DNA of 32,000 nucleotides from Moraxella nasovis (GTDB lineage Bacteria; Pseudomonadota; Gammaproteobacteria; Pseudomonadales; Moraxellaceae): NCBI RefSeq assembly GCF_022701215.1, contig NZ_CP089976.1, positions 1,200,001 to 1,232,000 of the forward strand, read 5' to 3'. Shown piece by piece: positions 31,230 to 32,000 of this stretch (position 1 is its first letter; each line of letters starts with the position of its first letter). The notes under the pieces were generated by a model. It saw only the letters and a program-made list of their open reading frames with translations, ran no database searches and was not told where the DNA came from. The position numbers and the translations under genes were made by a program.

Positions 31230-31874
31230 ATGAAAAAATTTTATCTCATTCGTCATGCTCAAAGCGAAACTAATGCAGGGCTTGCCATTCGTCCAAATCA
31301 CGCCATTAATCTCACTAAGCTTGGTAATTTGCAGGCACTAGAGCTTGCCCAGTGGCTAAAAAATACCATCAAAGAGCCGATTAGCGATGTTTTTGTGTCA
31401 AGTTATGTCCGCACACAACAAACTGCTAAGCCTTTTTTAGGTATTATAGATAAAGAAGCGATTGTCATTGATGAGCTGCATGAATTTAATTATTTAGATT
31501 TTGACCGCATCAAGGATTTGACAGTTCATGAGATGGTACGCCTTGCCGATGAATTTTGGACAACTAATGTCAATCATAAAGACAGCGATGCCACAGAAAG
31601 TTTTTTACAATTTATAGAGCGTGTAAGATGGGTGAGAAATTTTTTTCGCAGTTTGCCTGATGGCAATTATGTCGTATTTACGCATGGTATGTGGATTGGT
31701 ATGTTAATCTGGCAAATATTACACCAAGATGGCCCACGCATGCATAATATGGCTAAATTTCGTGCGTTTGAGTTGGCGATACGCCCAAAAAATTGCGAAG
31801 TTTTCATATTAACAGGCGACAGTATTACCAAGGCTTATACTAAAAACGACAGACAAGATGGCGATATTCGCTAA
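31230..31874 (+). CDS. Histidine phosphatase superfamily protein (phosphoglycerate-mutase-like branch)
   Basis: The ATG at 31230 gives MKKFYLIRHAQSETN.. (RHG-type catalytic motif), with a second His in ..VFTHGMWI... The ORF-track start at 31209 is a TTG. Confidence 0.8.
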   Translation: MKKFYLIRHAQSETNAGLAIRPNHAINLTKLGNLQALELAQWLKNTIKEPISDVFVSSYVRTQQTAKPFLGIIDKEAIVIDELHEFNYLDFDRIKDLTVHEMVRLADEFWTTNVNHKDSDATESFLQFIERVRWVRNFFRSLPDGNYVVFTHGMWIGMLIWQILHQDGPRMHNMAKFRAFELAIRPKNCEVFILTGDSITKAYTKNDRQDGDIR

Positions 31875-31893
31875 ATAATAAACAGAGTAAATC

Positions 31894-32000
31894 ATGACTG
31901 CTTATCTTTGGGTAAAACACACCTTACAAGCTGCCACAAACGGCATTTGGCATAATTTAGATGGCGACTTAACCACTACCAAAATCACTACCGACACACG
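31894..32000 (+). CDS. murF: UDP-N-acetylmuramoyl-tripeptide--D-alanyl-D-alanine ligase, 5' fragment (runs off the window)
   Basis: My own translation is MTAYLWVKHTLQAATNGIWHNLDGDLTTTKITTDT.. This matches the MurF N-terminal pattern L..AT.G.WH......I.TDSR and the expected dcw position. Confidence 0.7.
   Translation, partial: MTAYLWVKHTLQAATNGIWHNLDGDLTTTKITTDT

Noticed and set aside
1-32000. Screen for CRISPR arrays, IS elements or transposases, integrases, phage genes, toxin-antitoxin pairs and known defence-system genes
   Set aside because: No regularly spaced short repeats, no transposase- or integrase-like ORFs, and no ORFs with nuclease, ATPase or defence-type motifs were seen. All large ORFs are accounted for by metabolic, transport, cell-envelope or translation functions.

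Overview
The window is chromosomal and reads as a moderately AT-rich gammaproteobacterium. Protein similarities recalled from memory (GltL, YdcJ/HglS, D2HGDH, MurF N-terminus) suggest Moraxellaceae (Moraxella/Psychrobacter/Acinetobacter-like), but I could not run a search. Gene content, left to right:
(1) The end of a glutamate/aspartate-type ABC importer (gltJ' fragment, gltK, gltL).
(2) A translationally coupled thrB / class II glutamine amidotransferase / DUF3025-like operon.
(3) A two-gene outer-membrane module. It pairs a 785-aa surface lipoprotein (lipobox, Glu/Lys/Ala-rich helical stalk, two TbpB-type beta-barrel modules) with a Slam/DUF560 (type XI secretion) translocon. A G9 homopolymer lies in the lipoprotein's promoter/leader region, and no TonB-dependent receptor is nearby.
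(4) A convergent DUF457 membrane hydrolase gene.
(5) A roughly 14-kb minus-strand catabolic cluster that looks like a complete lysine/pipecolate -> 2-aminoadipate -> 2-oxoadipate -> D-2-hydroxyglutarate -> 2-oxoglutarate route. Its genes are a LysR regulator, a DAACS transporter, a class III aminotransferase, YdcJ/HglS, an OCD/mu-crystallin enzyme, an MFS transporter, an ALDH7-type dehydrogenase, an NhaC-family transporter, a DAO-type flavoenzyme and D2HGDH. Three related T-N11-A dyad operators sit in front of its three transcription units.
(6) A tRNA-Ala(GGC)/tRNA-Glu(UUC) operon with a consensus promoter, just downstream of gltX.
(7) The start of the dcw cluster (rsmH, ftsL, ftsI, murE, murF'). 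It has no mraZ, and a terminator plus a histidine-phosphatase gene are inserted between murE and murF.
I saw no CRISPR array, IS element, integrase or rRNA. The two most interesting items are the stand-alone Slam plus atypical cargo module with its poly-G tract, and the HglS-containing lysine cluster with its repeated operator.
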